DNA of 58,881 nt, filler included, from Sphacelaria rigidula (taxonomy: Eukaryota): NCBI GenBank assembly GCA_964200075.2. It is 6 parts of 6 records of this genome, joined end to end, with 100 filler letters (N's around TTAATTAATTAA, not from the genome) between each part and the next. Parts side by side here need not be neighbours in the genome. Positions count along the whole stretch, not along the records: positions 19,665 to 29,395 come from CAXNAA020007879.1; positions 29,496 to 39,225 come from CAXNAA020007880.1; 4 more parts are not named here. One strand, written 5' to 3'. Below, piece after piece: positions 24,742 to 36,660 of the stretch. The notes below the pieces were generated by a model that did no database searches, was not told where the DNA came from, and was given only the letters and a program-made list of their open reading frames with translations. The number at the start of each line of letters is the position of its first letter. Within the stretch, counting starts at the first letter, position 1. The position numbers and the translations under genes are program-made.

Positions 24742-26050
24742 TCAATATACTTTACCTCTTGGACTGTAAAGCCTCCTCAGATAGACTCAGATGGACTACG
24801 CCACATTTGCGTTTCAGAACAGATGATTTCTCACTACACATGAGCCTTCTATCACGAATATATGCATGTTGGGCATCTACTTAGACAAGGGTCCCCGAGA
24901 ACCCCTGACTTGTTTTGACCCTTGAGTGAAGCGCGTGCAGAGTCAGTACGTGTGCTGTGTGTCTTCGTTGGATACAACGGCAATAAACAGTCAGCGTGCA
25001 ATCGTCGTCCACTGAATACAGGCAATTCTGCACGCTACTGATGTATCTCCTTACAATAGTGCTCCACAACACTACAGTGTGTGAAGCTATGCTAGCGGTA
25101 CAAGAAGGGTCAGGCAGGCGGCGAAGACCACGAGCAGAATGAAAAGCACATTGCTTGTGCCCATGTTATTTATGGTTGAATGATAACTACCAAAATGGGA
25201 AATAAATCTAGACGGCTAGGTACAGTAGTTTCCAGCTGAAATGGAGGGTTTTTGTCATTTTCTCGTAGTTGGCGATTTCAATATAATAGTGTTTTCGCGT
25301 GCCACTGCTCATCCTAGTACACGTTTGGGGATCGGGGGATACTAGGCATCCGCTCCACATTCCGAAAAGAAATTGTCTCTGCACTCATTATTGAACGACT
25401 TGGGGGGTAACCGGTTTTCGGGGGTCTTGCTACTATCCATCTCCAGGTTCCGACCCTTGAGTATTTTCGCTCGATTGAGGCGATCCCGACTGTTTTCGTG
25501 AACAAATGTTTTTTTTAACTCCCACCTATTCATCGCGGAGGCGACCTAGAGTGTTTGTCGTATGTCTATGGTTGATATTTCGAACAAACTGACAATAACG
25601 CCAACCCTAACCCTAATTCCAACCCGAGGCGTACAAGACCCTCGGGCAAGGAGGGTGCACAGGTTGCCCTGGGCAAAGTGTGCGTTGGCAGACCTGTAAT
25701 CGACGCCGTAGGCGCCGATTTCGACAAAAAGGCGTTTTGGACGAGCTGGGTCCACTGCTCTCCTGCCCCAAACCATAATTTTTCTCAGAACTTCCCCAAG
25801 TCTACAATCGAGATAGATGACCAAAACTCTAGGTCTACTGCCATCGCGCTAGAGCCGAAAGACTGTATTTTTTGCACCAGTGGGGTCTTCAAAACCTTCC
25901 TGATAAACGAGGTACTTACTCCGTATCACCCCGACAACGCCCATTGAGGATTGTGTCCTGAACACGACCTTCTTCTTTTTCTCAATATCCATCAACGCTA
26001 AGACTTTCGAGTGCTAAGACCGCTTCTTGTAGACTGAAGGAAAATCTCTC

Positions 26051-26463
26051 TGAGAACTGTCCTTTTAAACCTTTCATCACGGATTATTGGCGGAATACGG
26101 GCCTTGGCAGATTTGGCCTCCTCGGAAAGATTTACTATATTTTTCACAAGGATTCCGGCACGCTTGTCCGATCTTTCGTACTCCCAGTTTTACTCTTGGC
26201 CGTATTATGGATTTCTTCAGTCACCTCAAAAACTTCGAGTTATCGAGAAAAAGTATGTATTTTTCCCGACAACTGGACGATTTTCGAGGGCGACTGAAAA
26301 AATCCAGAATACGGCCAAGAGTAAAAATGGGAGCACGAAAGATCGAACAGGCGCGCTGGAATCCTCAGGAAAAATACAGCAAATCTTTCCGAGGAGGTCA
26401 AATCCGCCAAGGCCCGTATTCCGCCAATAATACGTGATGAAAGGCCCAAGAGGGCAGTTCTCA
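26051..26463. repeat. Long spacer-less inverted repeat (~200-bp arms)
   Basis: TGAGAACTG...CTTTCATCACGGATTATTGGCGGAATACGGGCCTTGGC... pairs with ...GCCAAGGCCCGTATTCCGCCAATAATACGTGATGAAAG...CAGTTCTCA. The centre is near 26256. Weaker pairing extends to about 26013-26500. Confidence 0.9.
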
Positions 26464-29395
26464 AAAAAAAAAAAAACAGCCTGTAAGAAGCGGCCTAAGG
26501 AAGAATGTTGTCCGAGAACATTCATCAAAATACTCTGAAAAGAAGATTGCCCAACCGAGCTTTGCTTAGCACAGGGGGGAGTGGACCAATCCCGATCGCT
26601 CTCGTGAATATTTTCAGACGCTTACTTTTCATTTTCACCTGTTTGTTGCGCTAGAGCCGAAAATAAAAAATAAATACATTTTGGACCCAAAAAAGTCATC
26701 AACACACCATGTCAATTCAGCCCGTAAGTCGTTCAATATTGAGCGCAGGGATGATTTTTGTTTCGGAATGTGGAGCAGATGCCTGTTATCTCCCGATCCC
26801 CCAACTTGGGGACCAGGCGTTCACTGGGATGAGCGGCGGCACGCGAAAAAAACTTTGAAAACCGCTGACTGCGAAAAATTCCAAAATTTTCCTACAGTAT
26901 TTCAGGTGAACGCTACTATAGTCCATCTGTAGTTCATCTGGGGTTTGGCACACTGACCATTCTGACAAATCACAGCTCCAAAATGGTCAGTCTGTTCTTA
27001 TCAGGCCTCGTTCTTGGCTTATAATTTTCCGTGGGAAAACTTCAGGGTTATTCCTTTTCCATAATATGGAGGGATTTTTGTGGGAGAAAATGTACCTTCC
27101 AATAGATCCTGTCATATTCCACAGTTTTAAATGTCTCAGACCAAGAGTGAAAATCATCACGCGAAGAGGGGTGGGCACTTCCAGCATGAAAAGCTGGCTT
27201 CACGGGTGGTATGTGGAGGTGTAATAAGCACCATCATGCACGAGACCCGTCACAGCACACATCGCCAGCGATTGCTACTGAGAAGAGGGCCCGTCCCGGT
27301 AGTACACGGTGAAGTTGTGCAGGATTCTCTACATGCCGGCCCCACCCCGCGCGCACGGATTTCAAATCACACTTGTGTACAGTATAGATCTATGATACTG
27401 CTTGCTGTCTGTGTGTCCGTGGTGTACCACCCCTCGCTCCGCCACATCTTGTACAGCGGTCGGTGTTGCAGCTAAGCGTGCATTTGCCCTCCTAGGTGGT
27501 GCACGCAGGAGTAAAAGGCCGCCTCTGCCGCTATAATGCCTACCTGTATCTTGAGCGGAGCTGTGTGGTAACACAGCCACTATGGCGCGCAAGCCGGCTG
27601 AAACAATTCATAGGGAAGAAATTTCTACACTCTGTCTTGAAGTGATACTGTGCAAGTCGAAGCAGGCATTAGCTTCTATACTGTGCACAGTACGTTCTTT
27701 GAAATTGTAGACTCGTACTGACTGTAGAAAGCTGTTGTTACGGGCCGTGTGATACATAATACATTTGTGGGCGGTCTAACTGTTCATTCTATGGCATTTT
27801 GTGATTTTTTCGTAATTAGCGATTTTCTCAGGCTCTTTTCGCTTGCCACCGCTTATCACATCGGGGATGTGGAGATATTTGTATCCGCTCATTATTTTAA
27901 GAAAAAAAAATCACCTGTACTCGACATTCAGTGACTTGCGGGCTGACCTGTCATCGGGGGTACTGCCACGTTTCAGCCCAGATTCTCACCACTAGGTATT
28001 TTCGGTCGATCGAGCCTGTCCCGATCATATTTGTGGAAAAATGTAAAGTTTTATTTTTTAGAAATTCTGCTTACTCATGGCACCAGGGCCGAAAAACTGT
28101 GTTTCACGGTCAGTAACACCCTCCTGATAAACGGGGTATTCACTCGTTTCGCCCAATAACACCAATTGACACCGACTGCGGCAGTGTGTTTCGAGAATGA
28201 TCTGTTTTTTGTACTAAAATCTACCGACGTTAGCAATCTCGAGTTCTATGGAAGAGTAGTACGCAAGGAAAAGCGAAGAACACCCCTGAATAGTTAGACC
28301 GTTCACTACTGTATATTAGGCGGTGAGATCGTAAAATAATCAACAGCACATGGCCGAAGTAGAAGTGAGGCAACCACCGAATTATTCACGTGCAAAGCCT
28401 CTGCGGAGGTACTATCAATTGATAACCCTAGAAGAACACCAGTGCAACGACCATCCCGGTTGCCAGCCTGTTTGCACGGCCGTCCCGGTAGTGGTGGGAG
28501 TGTCTGCACCGGGATGTCGCCCCACGTGCCGGGTAGGCTGGCAAGGGTCTGTCGCACTACCCACTGGTCGCGCGACAGGAGCTCAACCTCCGACTGTCGA
28601 TCATTTTGGAGCGGAAAAAGTCACCTCCCAACCCTCATATATACAGCGGATCATAAACGATGCTTGTTTGCTGGGTTTCTTCAAGCGTTCGTCCATAACT
28701 GGGCGAAGATTGATGATGAGGCAGGCAGGATCCGTCGTAGGCAGCGTGCTCAACTGTCACTGTACCCACTATAATCGTCATCAGACAGCAGGGTGTTCAA
28801 AAACGTAATCCCACGCACTGTGATTATCCACCGTATAAATGCAGACCGGGAGATCAGCGACCTCCCCTGCTGCAGCTGTGACGGTCACACCTTCCTCCAA
28901 TACCAATCTACATATTCTCCAAGTTTCGGCGTCATCTGACGCGAGATGCGCATTCTCCTCACGCCTAAGCTGCCAAAACACCGCCTCCATGTGGAAAAGG
29001 AATAACACTGACTTCCGAAGACACATGGTTGACTTGATGAGTTTGCGGCTGTTCTGCAAACATGCCCCCATACCCCATTACCCGTCAAAAACCATCTCCG
29101 CGCCCCCTGGAAACTTTCTGATGTCCCTGGACTGTCAATCGGTAAAAACGTCCCGAGACGATACTTACAGTCTATACTCGTGAGGGTTAAAGTTTCCGCG
29201 CAAGGTTATTATCACCCCTCCAAAGATGAAGTAAACAGTGCCTCAAAAGTGATCTGATTTCGAACACTGTAGCTCTCTCTTCACAACCGTGCTGATGTAC
29301 TATATCACTGCAGGTCTGTCTTCACAACCGTACTGTGTTGTGTGTGTGTGTTGTCGTCCCATTTATTCTGGGCACCAGTCTACACCTTTCGGTAT

Positions 29396-29495
29396 NNNNN
29401 NNNNNNNNNNNNNNNNNNNNNNNNNNNNNNNNNNNNNNNTTAATTAATTAANNNNNNNNNNNNNNNNNNNNNNNNNNNNNNNNNNNNNNNNNNNN
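29396..29495. other. Artificial contig linker
   Basis: N44-TTAATTAATTAA-N44. Confidence 0.98.
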
Positions 29496-30851
29496 TATCG
29501 TAAACACAGCCTCCGGATACCAAGCCGGCACAGTAGACAGCGTTGGGCACACAGGCAGTGCACCTCGGCGCCCGCTAGTCATTCACAAGTGCTGCACATG
29601 TCGGTGTCTGGTACAGCACTATTGAGTTGAGACAGTTGAGGGTTGTACTACTACTGTACTGTTGCACTGTCTGTAGACAGTTTTGTATACTTTCGGTAGG
29701 AAGTGTTCTGTACTGTACCACTCAGACTGTCTGTAGAACTATACTACTGTTATCTGTAGTACAGGTGTGCACATGCCTATTTGTGTCCGTTTGCATACTT
29801 CGAGAAATTACAGTAGTTCTCGATGAAGGTTCACCACAAGCAGTAATCCTAGCTGCGTGAAGGCGAGAGGGGGAACGGAGACACTTGTCGACCGAGCTAA
29901 ATATGACGTGGGAGGGCTGAACTGGGCCACCTATGCAGCCGCTACGGGGATCTCGACGAAATGGCCACCCAACGGTGGTGTAACTGCGCGAGCTAACGCA
30001 AGCTTCACATTGGGTTGCCATTTCGTCAAGTCCTCATAGCAGCTGCTTGAGCGGCCGACTCCCGCCCTTTCGCATCATCATAAGCTAGGTCGACTGGTGT
30101 CTCGGCTCCCTCGTTCGCTTCCAAGTGTTCCTCGTAGTTTTGGGTCATCCTTGTGAACGAGCTGCCACCACCAGTGCTGTCGCGGGCGTTCACGACATCC
30201 GCCACCGCCTCACTTATGATATTTGTCTTACGGCTGTGTTCTGTAACCTTGGTCGTTATGGGACAGGGTGTCTAGTTCCGTTTCATAGCCCTGAGTTTGG
30301 CACCAACGCTTTGGGGTGTGTCCCAACTCAGGGTTTTTTCGAAAAATTGAAAATTAATCCTGAGTTGCTGCGCATGTCTCTTCTCAGGGTTCAGTTCTCG
30401 GGGTTTACCTAGGGGAATTCGTCATATCCTGGCCTTAAATCCCAACTTTCTTAATAATCTCCGAGTTTTTTCTTATCCCTGAGTTCTGATTTGTGTTTCC
30501 GAAACTCTCTAGTGGCAGAATGTGAACCATACATGGAGGACCGGGACGTGTTGAAGAGGGATATGGGGAAAGTAAAAGGGAGGTGTCATGAAATCGTTTG
30601 ATGCGCTAGACGGCAACGAGAACACCACCGTATTATACCAAGAGGTAGATGGTGACCACAGACGGCGAACCAGGAAAATTTCGAACATGTACCGTCGTAT
30701 GTTACGTGCACGCTCGATTTTGACGTCCTCATTTATGGTTTTGGGGCTGCTGACACCACAGAGGGCACCGCCGTATTGCCAGTTCACGTACAATAAATTC
30801 TACACTTATTCTCAAATATCCCCTTGCTTATTGATTGTTATTTATTTCGAT

Positions 30852-31237
30852 GGTTACCCTTGCGGTTATCCTTCCGGTATGGTTACCCTTGCGGTTACCC
30901 TTCCGGCTACCCTTCCGGTACGGTTACCCTTCCGGTATGGTTACCCTCGCGGTTACCCTTGCGGCCGCCTTTCCGGTTACCCTTCCGGTTACCCTTCCGG
31001 TTACCCTTCCGGTTACCCTTCAGGTATGGTTACCCTTCCGGTACGGTACCCCCGCGGTTACCCCTGCGACTACCCTTCCGGTTACCCTTCCGGTTACCCT
31101 TACTGCGCGTTCTTGGAATGCCTTGGGCCTCTGCTTTTCTACGTAGCCAGGAGGGTAACCGTGAAGGTAACCGTAGTGGTAACCCAATGGGTAACCGTAA
31201 GGGCAACCGTAAGAGTAACCGTACGGGTAACATTACG
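30852..31237. repeat. 12-bp minisatellite (GGTTACCCTTCC)n followed by an inverted block of (GGTAACCGT...)n
   Basis: About 19 units at 30852-31101, a ~50-bp spacer, then about 7 diverged reverse-oriented units at 31153-31237. Confidence 0.88.
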
Positions 31238-31622
31238 GTCCCAAGTGTGCCTTCAACCATGCACGTTGCGTTCGCAAGAACTTTACTGCTTTGCCTGGGC
31301 ATCACCCTCTGCACCCCCCTTGGTAAAGGCTGAGCCTTCTTCGCATGCCTTGAGGCTGGGCCTCTGCCTTTCTATTTTCTATTCCATTCATTTAATCTCT
31401 TGGATCCGTGTTCTGTTGAGGTTTTGTCTAAATTTGAATTTCAATCTGTCTCTCTTGAAATAAATACGTTTCTTCCCCTGTGCAATTTCCTGTAACGGTC
31501 CTTTCGTTTTCATTGCCTTGCATTAGACAATGGCTGGATTCGTAGTGGATCGTGTACTGTGGGGAAAATCATCCAAACCAAACGATCACGCTCAATTCAG
31601 AACAAAGCCCACAGGCACAAAC

Positions 31623-31898
31623 CTGCAAGTGCATTCCGGGGGTGGGCCGCTGCATCCACACAGAAAATCGAAACATGAGCAGGTTGAACAGGGCGTCCAC
31701 TTCTGGGCGAAACCGTTCCAGGGTGCCCGCCGGCAAACTGGAGCATGCACGTCCCAATTGCGTCTTGAGCAAGCCATGCAATTCCGAGTCTAATACTACA
31801 GAGTCCAATTGATTGACACGCATTGCTGACAGCTGCTGTGGAAGTGAGACCAACGGTTCCCTCGCATCGCCCCCTCCCGACTTGCTCGTGATCTCCAT
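31623..31898 (-). CDS. PEX2: Peroxisome biogenesis factor 2 (Pex2/Pex12 N-terminal domain), first exon only
   Basis: MRVNQLDSVVLDSELHGLLKTQL...LERFRPEVDALFNLLMFRFSVW matches the PEX2 N-terminus (RVxQLDAxxLDxEL...FEPE...RFTI). ATG at 31898, CAG|GT donor at 31622. Later exons are not found in this contig. Confidence 0.85.
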
Positions 31899-32768
31899 GT
31901 ATAAGAGATGCAGTTGTTGACGGCGTATAACACCCCCTTTCGGTCAGGAGTTCGACTTTTCCAACCTCGACCCTCTCTCGAAAATGGTGAATGATACCGC
32001 CACCGGCTGTGTCCTTGCTGCTTCGAGAGATCTTAGCATGAATCAACGATGTCTCTTGGGAGGGCCGATTTGTGCTTTAGACTCGTGGAATCTTTTCACA
32101 GCCGTGCTGTACCGAACGTGCACTGTGGGTATGTAGTTGAAGGATGGACAATACTGTACAACAACAGTAGTGTTGTGCTGGGCAGTAGGCAGTAGAAGAG
32201 TACTGTTGACGGGAACTGCCGGTTGTCAAGACGATCCACAATCAGATGGCGGGATACTATCGCGGGCTCATTCCCAGGATGAACGCAGAGTAGAGGAAGA
32301 GCCGGCTTGTGGCTACGCTTGCCCTTGTCTGATGTTTATACTACAATTAGTAGATACTACCTTGTTATAAAGTCAGTAGTACCACAAGTCCTTGACAACC
32401 GCGGGGTCAGATACAAAGGCGAAGATGGCGCACTGACCAGCCCACGTTGAGCTAACTTCCGACCAACTGCTGATCTGATTGTAAAAGGATTTACATGTAC
32501 AGAATCTCCGCGTACACGGCAGTGACAGTTTAACACGGCACATACGGTGCTTCTGTACTCAGTCAACGAGCATAGGCATTATTGCAAGCTGTGAGAGCAC
32601 ATCTGTCAGTCGCGTCCTGTAGGGGTCAAGTGCCGTCAATACATCCCTCCTGTTCAGTGCTGTGCGGCGTATCTTTGTCTCCTGCATAGCTACGACGTCG
32701 TCGCCAGCTGTGGAGGATAGGACGTCGTTTAGACCCACAGAGATTTGGAGAGGGGTACATCCCAGAAG
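31899..32768. promoter_or_regulatory. Putative bidirectional promoter between PEX2 and PGAM
   Basis: 870 bp lie between two divergent start codons in an otherwise gene-sparse, TE-rich genome. No specific motif was identified. Confidence 0.45.
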
Positions 32769-33161
32769 ATGAGGTATACCGGGGGTTCGGCTGTATTACT
32801 GTTCTGCACCCCGTGTCTCTACGCTTCGGCGTCAGCATTCGTCATCCATGGTAGTTGTCCAACACGCAACAGCATCTCAACAGCTGGAGGCCTGCCCATG
32901 GCGACAAAACCGCGAAGTTATCAGCTAGGAGGTCGAGTATCTATCCGCAGACGACAAAATCGACATGCCACGGGGTTGACGGGGCAGCGGAGTCTGTGTG
33001 CGGCACTGCACCCCGCAGAACCGGGGCACAAACAGCATACTTATGAGGTGGTCTTCGTGAGGCATGGCCAAAGCACCTGGAACAAGGCGAATCGCTTCAT
33101 AGGGTGGACCGACACGGAGCTTACCGAGGAGGGCGAAATAGAAGCACGAGTCGCGGGGCAG
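32769..33161 (+). CDS. gpmA: 2,3-bisphosphoglycerate-dependent phosphoglycerate mutase with bipartite plastid presequence, first exon
   Basis: [33 protein letters not shown] is the dPGM RHG signature. The N-terminus [25 protein letters not shown] is signal peptide plus ASAF motif, followed by an Arg/Ser/Thr-rich transit-like stretch. CAG|GTAGGC donor at 33162. Confidence 0.88.
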
Positions 33162-35017
33162 GTAGGCGATATGGGAGAGAGCAGATCGGGGGGGTGTTTT
33201 ATCATGATCTGCCGGTATGCGTGGTTTGTCCCGTTGATGAGGTATTGAGGGGCTGTGTTGAGCTGACTACTACTGTTGTACTCTTTGCGCTGTAGGTTTC
33301 CCTATTCGGAAGCAGTGATGGTGAGAGGAGTGCTACAGATGTGTGGTACTACAGACAGTCTGTACTACGTACGCTACACAGCACCGCTTTCTGACCACGG
33401 TACACGCCCTCGTCGGGCCTGCCTCCCTTCCGCCCTTCCCAGACGATCGTAGAGTGTCTGTATGTGAAGATGTAAAGGATGGTGAGGATGGTCAATGCTT
33501 CCATGTGTACTCCAGTATCTGCGCATGTTCTTTATTTATTCTGTGTTTTCTAGGAGAAACGGCAGGCAGTAAGCTAACAACAAAGAATGTTGTCGGTTGT
33601 AAAGTGTTTTTCACCCGCTTTTCGGACGTTGACGCGGTTGATTGAATATGCTAGTTTCATCAGATGACGTGGGGTATGGCGTACCATCGTCAACTGCTGG
33701 CCGAGCGGTACTTCTGTTCCTACTACTACAACCACCACTGAACTACTGCGGGGTATTCTCTAGACGGGGCTCGACATAGTTTTGTTAAAAACGACGAATG
33801 GAGGCTTGCGTGCGCTATACGCAATATTTACTTCGCGCTGCATGTGCGCGATCTAGTAGTCTGTTGGAACTTCTTGTAACCCTGCAGTCGTGTAATTCTT
33901 CACGGTCAGCACACCAGTATACAGTAGTAGAGTATATGTACTACTGTTTAAGATCTTCGTCCCCGCACCCCACATGCTCATTAGATACTATCAATGTCCG
34001 GCACTGGGCCCACAGATGGGGGCAAGAATTATGAGTTGCAACGTTTCTCGACCAATCAGAGTATTCAAGTATACCAATATGCGGCGACCTTTCTTCAATC
34101 AGATGAGAGATGTAAGAGGGACATGAGTCAAAAGCAGCTTTGATTGGTCTACACATTGCGCCGCTGCGACACAGACAGCTGCTGCTGGCAGTAAACAAGG
34201 ATACAGTAGCTTCGCGCTGGCTCACTTTGTTTGTCCCAACCTGCACGCACCCGCCTGGCGTGTCTTCCCCGATCACAGCCCCCGACTATATCTGAAGTAC
34301 CAGAGAAGACTCAACAGACAGCTGTACAGCCGTCAGGTGACGATTGTTTCAACCTTTCTTTGTTTCGGCAGCACCTTAATCCCACCCCATTTCTGTGCAG
34401 CCCGAAACACGGCATGCAGCAGTACAACTGCTCAGGCACTGTCCAGTGCACATCGCACCGTGATCGTCGTAGAGTGTTTGGATGCCTAACAGCACAGCGA
34501 GAACTACAGCATGGAAATGATGGGCATGGGGAGCGCCTTATTCCTTTGACTCGAGACGAAAGAGCCAGCACACCATGAACTTTTCAACGGTGTGTAGAGA
34601 GCACTGCGTGCCGACAACATTTGTTTTCATACAGACGAACGGAATGACAATATAAAGCAACTCAGGCACTCCCAGCGGAGATCAAACCGTCTCCACAAAG
34701 GCCTGAAGACGCCACAGCGCAGCGACAGCTACAGCACACAAGACAGAGCGTGAGTGTGTTTGTGCTGCAGCACAGTGGTACAGGACATTTCCCATTCGAT
34801 AATTATTCCCCTGATTTCGCGTGGGTCCTCGATTATTGACCAGTGGCGATTTTTAAACGCTCGGCCACAATCGCGCTTCGCGCGAAAATATTTAAATTCA
34901 CTTTGAGTTACCCCTATCTGTGGGAGGTGAGCCAAATATCCGTCCAATACTAGAATCAAGGTAAATATACATATAGATATTTCAAATTTTGCCCCTCTTG
35001 TGAATTAGGGGGGGGTG

Positions 35018-36468
35018 ACGCCAAGAACCACACGCCAAATCGCACGCAAACGAAAATGATAAACGGTTCTGCTATCTTATCTCATTAGACGACTACCTAA
35101 GTAATAATACGTTCGCTCACTGGGTGGGTTGAAGGGGAAACGAAAACACTACCTATGCTGCTTGATGATGTTGTCGAATATAACTGTACTGTACTGTCAT
35201 TGTATCTAAATAATTGCGCAGCTCTCTCTCTTTTTCTGGTTCCTTATTGGTAGTGGTAGTAGTAGTAGTAGTTCCGCACATCAGTCCGATCTCTCGAACC
35301 CGTCGTCATAGACGTAGACTCGTGAGAGGAACCTGAAATTCGCTCCCGAGAATCAGAGAGTCCCTTCTTTTCACTAACAGATTCTTGTGCCCGTGGTGTT
35401 CTTGGTAGCTCAGTCAACCAGGGCTGAGGGGAGCGCTGAGACGGTCAGGGTGGAAGCTTCTCGTGGAAGTGTGGAAGGAGGAAGATATATTTGGTCAAAA
35501 CTTCTTGTTGGTAGTGTATTATTAATGTTTCTCCATCTACACTCAAGCCCTTCTTGTTTCAACCCCAAGAGGTCTGATGAGGACCGGACAAGGGTGGGGC
35601 GCACCAAACTCAGCGGCCCCCACACGAAGACAGTGAGTTAAAACGTTCCACACCCCTTCTGACGACATTCTGCCTGCTGCGTTGGTAGTTACTCCATGCA
35701 TCCTTTGCCCACCAAGGTCCCCAAGTTCACCAATGGACACACCCGGGGGCGAACTCGGCCCTCGGCCCCTTGGGACCCTCTCCACAATCAACCTGTCTGT
35801 GCCGCCTCCCCTGGAACTGTCTTTCTCGAACTTCTGTACTTTTGTCATATTCCAGCAGGACGCTGAATACCACCCCTGAGCAAGTAATCCCCGACGCAGA
35901 AACCTCAGTTACAACAACTGGTTTAGACACCGAAAACTGCGCTTACCACACTCGTCTTTCCAATACCGTCCCTGCTATTCCTTACAAGACGTAAAGTCCT
36001 CTTCCTTTTTTTTTCCCGAGACTTCAACCTAATCACAAGAACAAACGCAATCAACTAAAATGTTACCAAAATGAAAATATGGTTCCTAGGTCCATCATTT
36101 CCATCCGACCCTGCTCAATCCGGTTCCTGCTTCACGGTAACCCGTTCGCTGGGCCGGTTGCATTATGATGTAACGATCCGTCCCGATACACGAACCTCAG
36201 ACCCCGCCACACTCCGATCCTCCGCTTCGCTCCTCGTGTGGATGTGGAATATTTATATTGAATTTTCCTCCGTAGGCATGCATGCAAAGTGACGCGAAAT
36301 GCTACTAAGCACGAACTAAGAGACAGTATGCCCTCTCCATCTCGAGTAGCATTTCTTCATCATGGTGCCTCTCGTGCACCGCACGCCAAGAACCACGCGC
36401 CATATCGCGTGCAAGCAAAACTGATGAACGCATTCTGCTATCGTAAATGATTACCTAAATAATAGTAA
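35018..36468 (+). repeat. Pair of diverged ~90-bp direct repeats (35018-35110, 36384-36468)
   Basis: Both copies begin ACGCCAAGAACCAC.CGCCA.ATCGC..GCAA.C.AAA and contain TTCTGCTATC...TACCTAA.TAATA. Confidence 0.65.
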
Positions 36469-36660
36469 TTTCCCCATTTCACTTCATCCTTCATTTCTTA
36501 TCTCTCCCCTTCCCCCGTTTACAGCGTCCTGCTTCCCGAACTACACTAATCATCATCACCCCACATTAATAGTCGATCGCTACCGTTCCCCCCATTGAGT
36601 TCCTTGCCCGGCTTGAACACCGCCTGCTGTTTCGTCATCTGTGAGTTCTCGAGATACCGC

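Noticed and set aside
25603..25626. CCCTAACCCTAA telomere-like repeat
   Set aside because: Only about two perfect units, internal to the contig; too short to call.
28600..29071. Possible piggyBac transposase relic on the minus strand (TDPACLIINLRPVMDERL...SFMIRC)
   Set aside because: The resemblance is faint and the catalytic aspartates are not identifiable; it needs a profile search.
30588..31463. 291-aa ORF with GYPS repeats
   Set aside because: The open frame is produced by the 12-bp minisatellite, which is open in several frames, and it lies antisense within the PEX2 intron.
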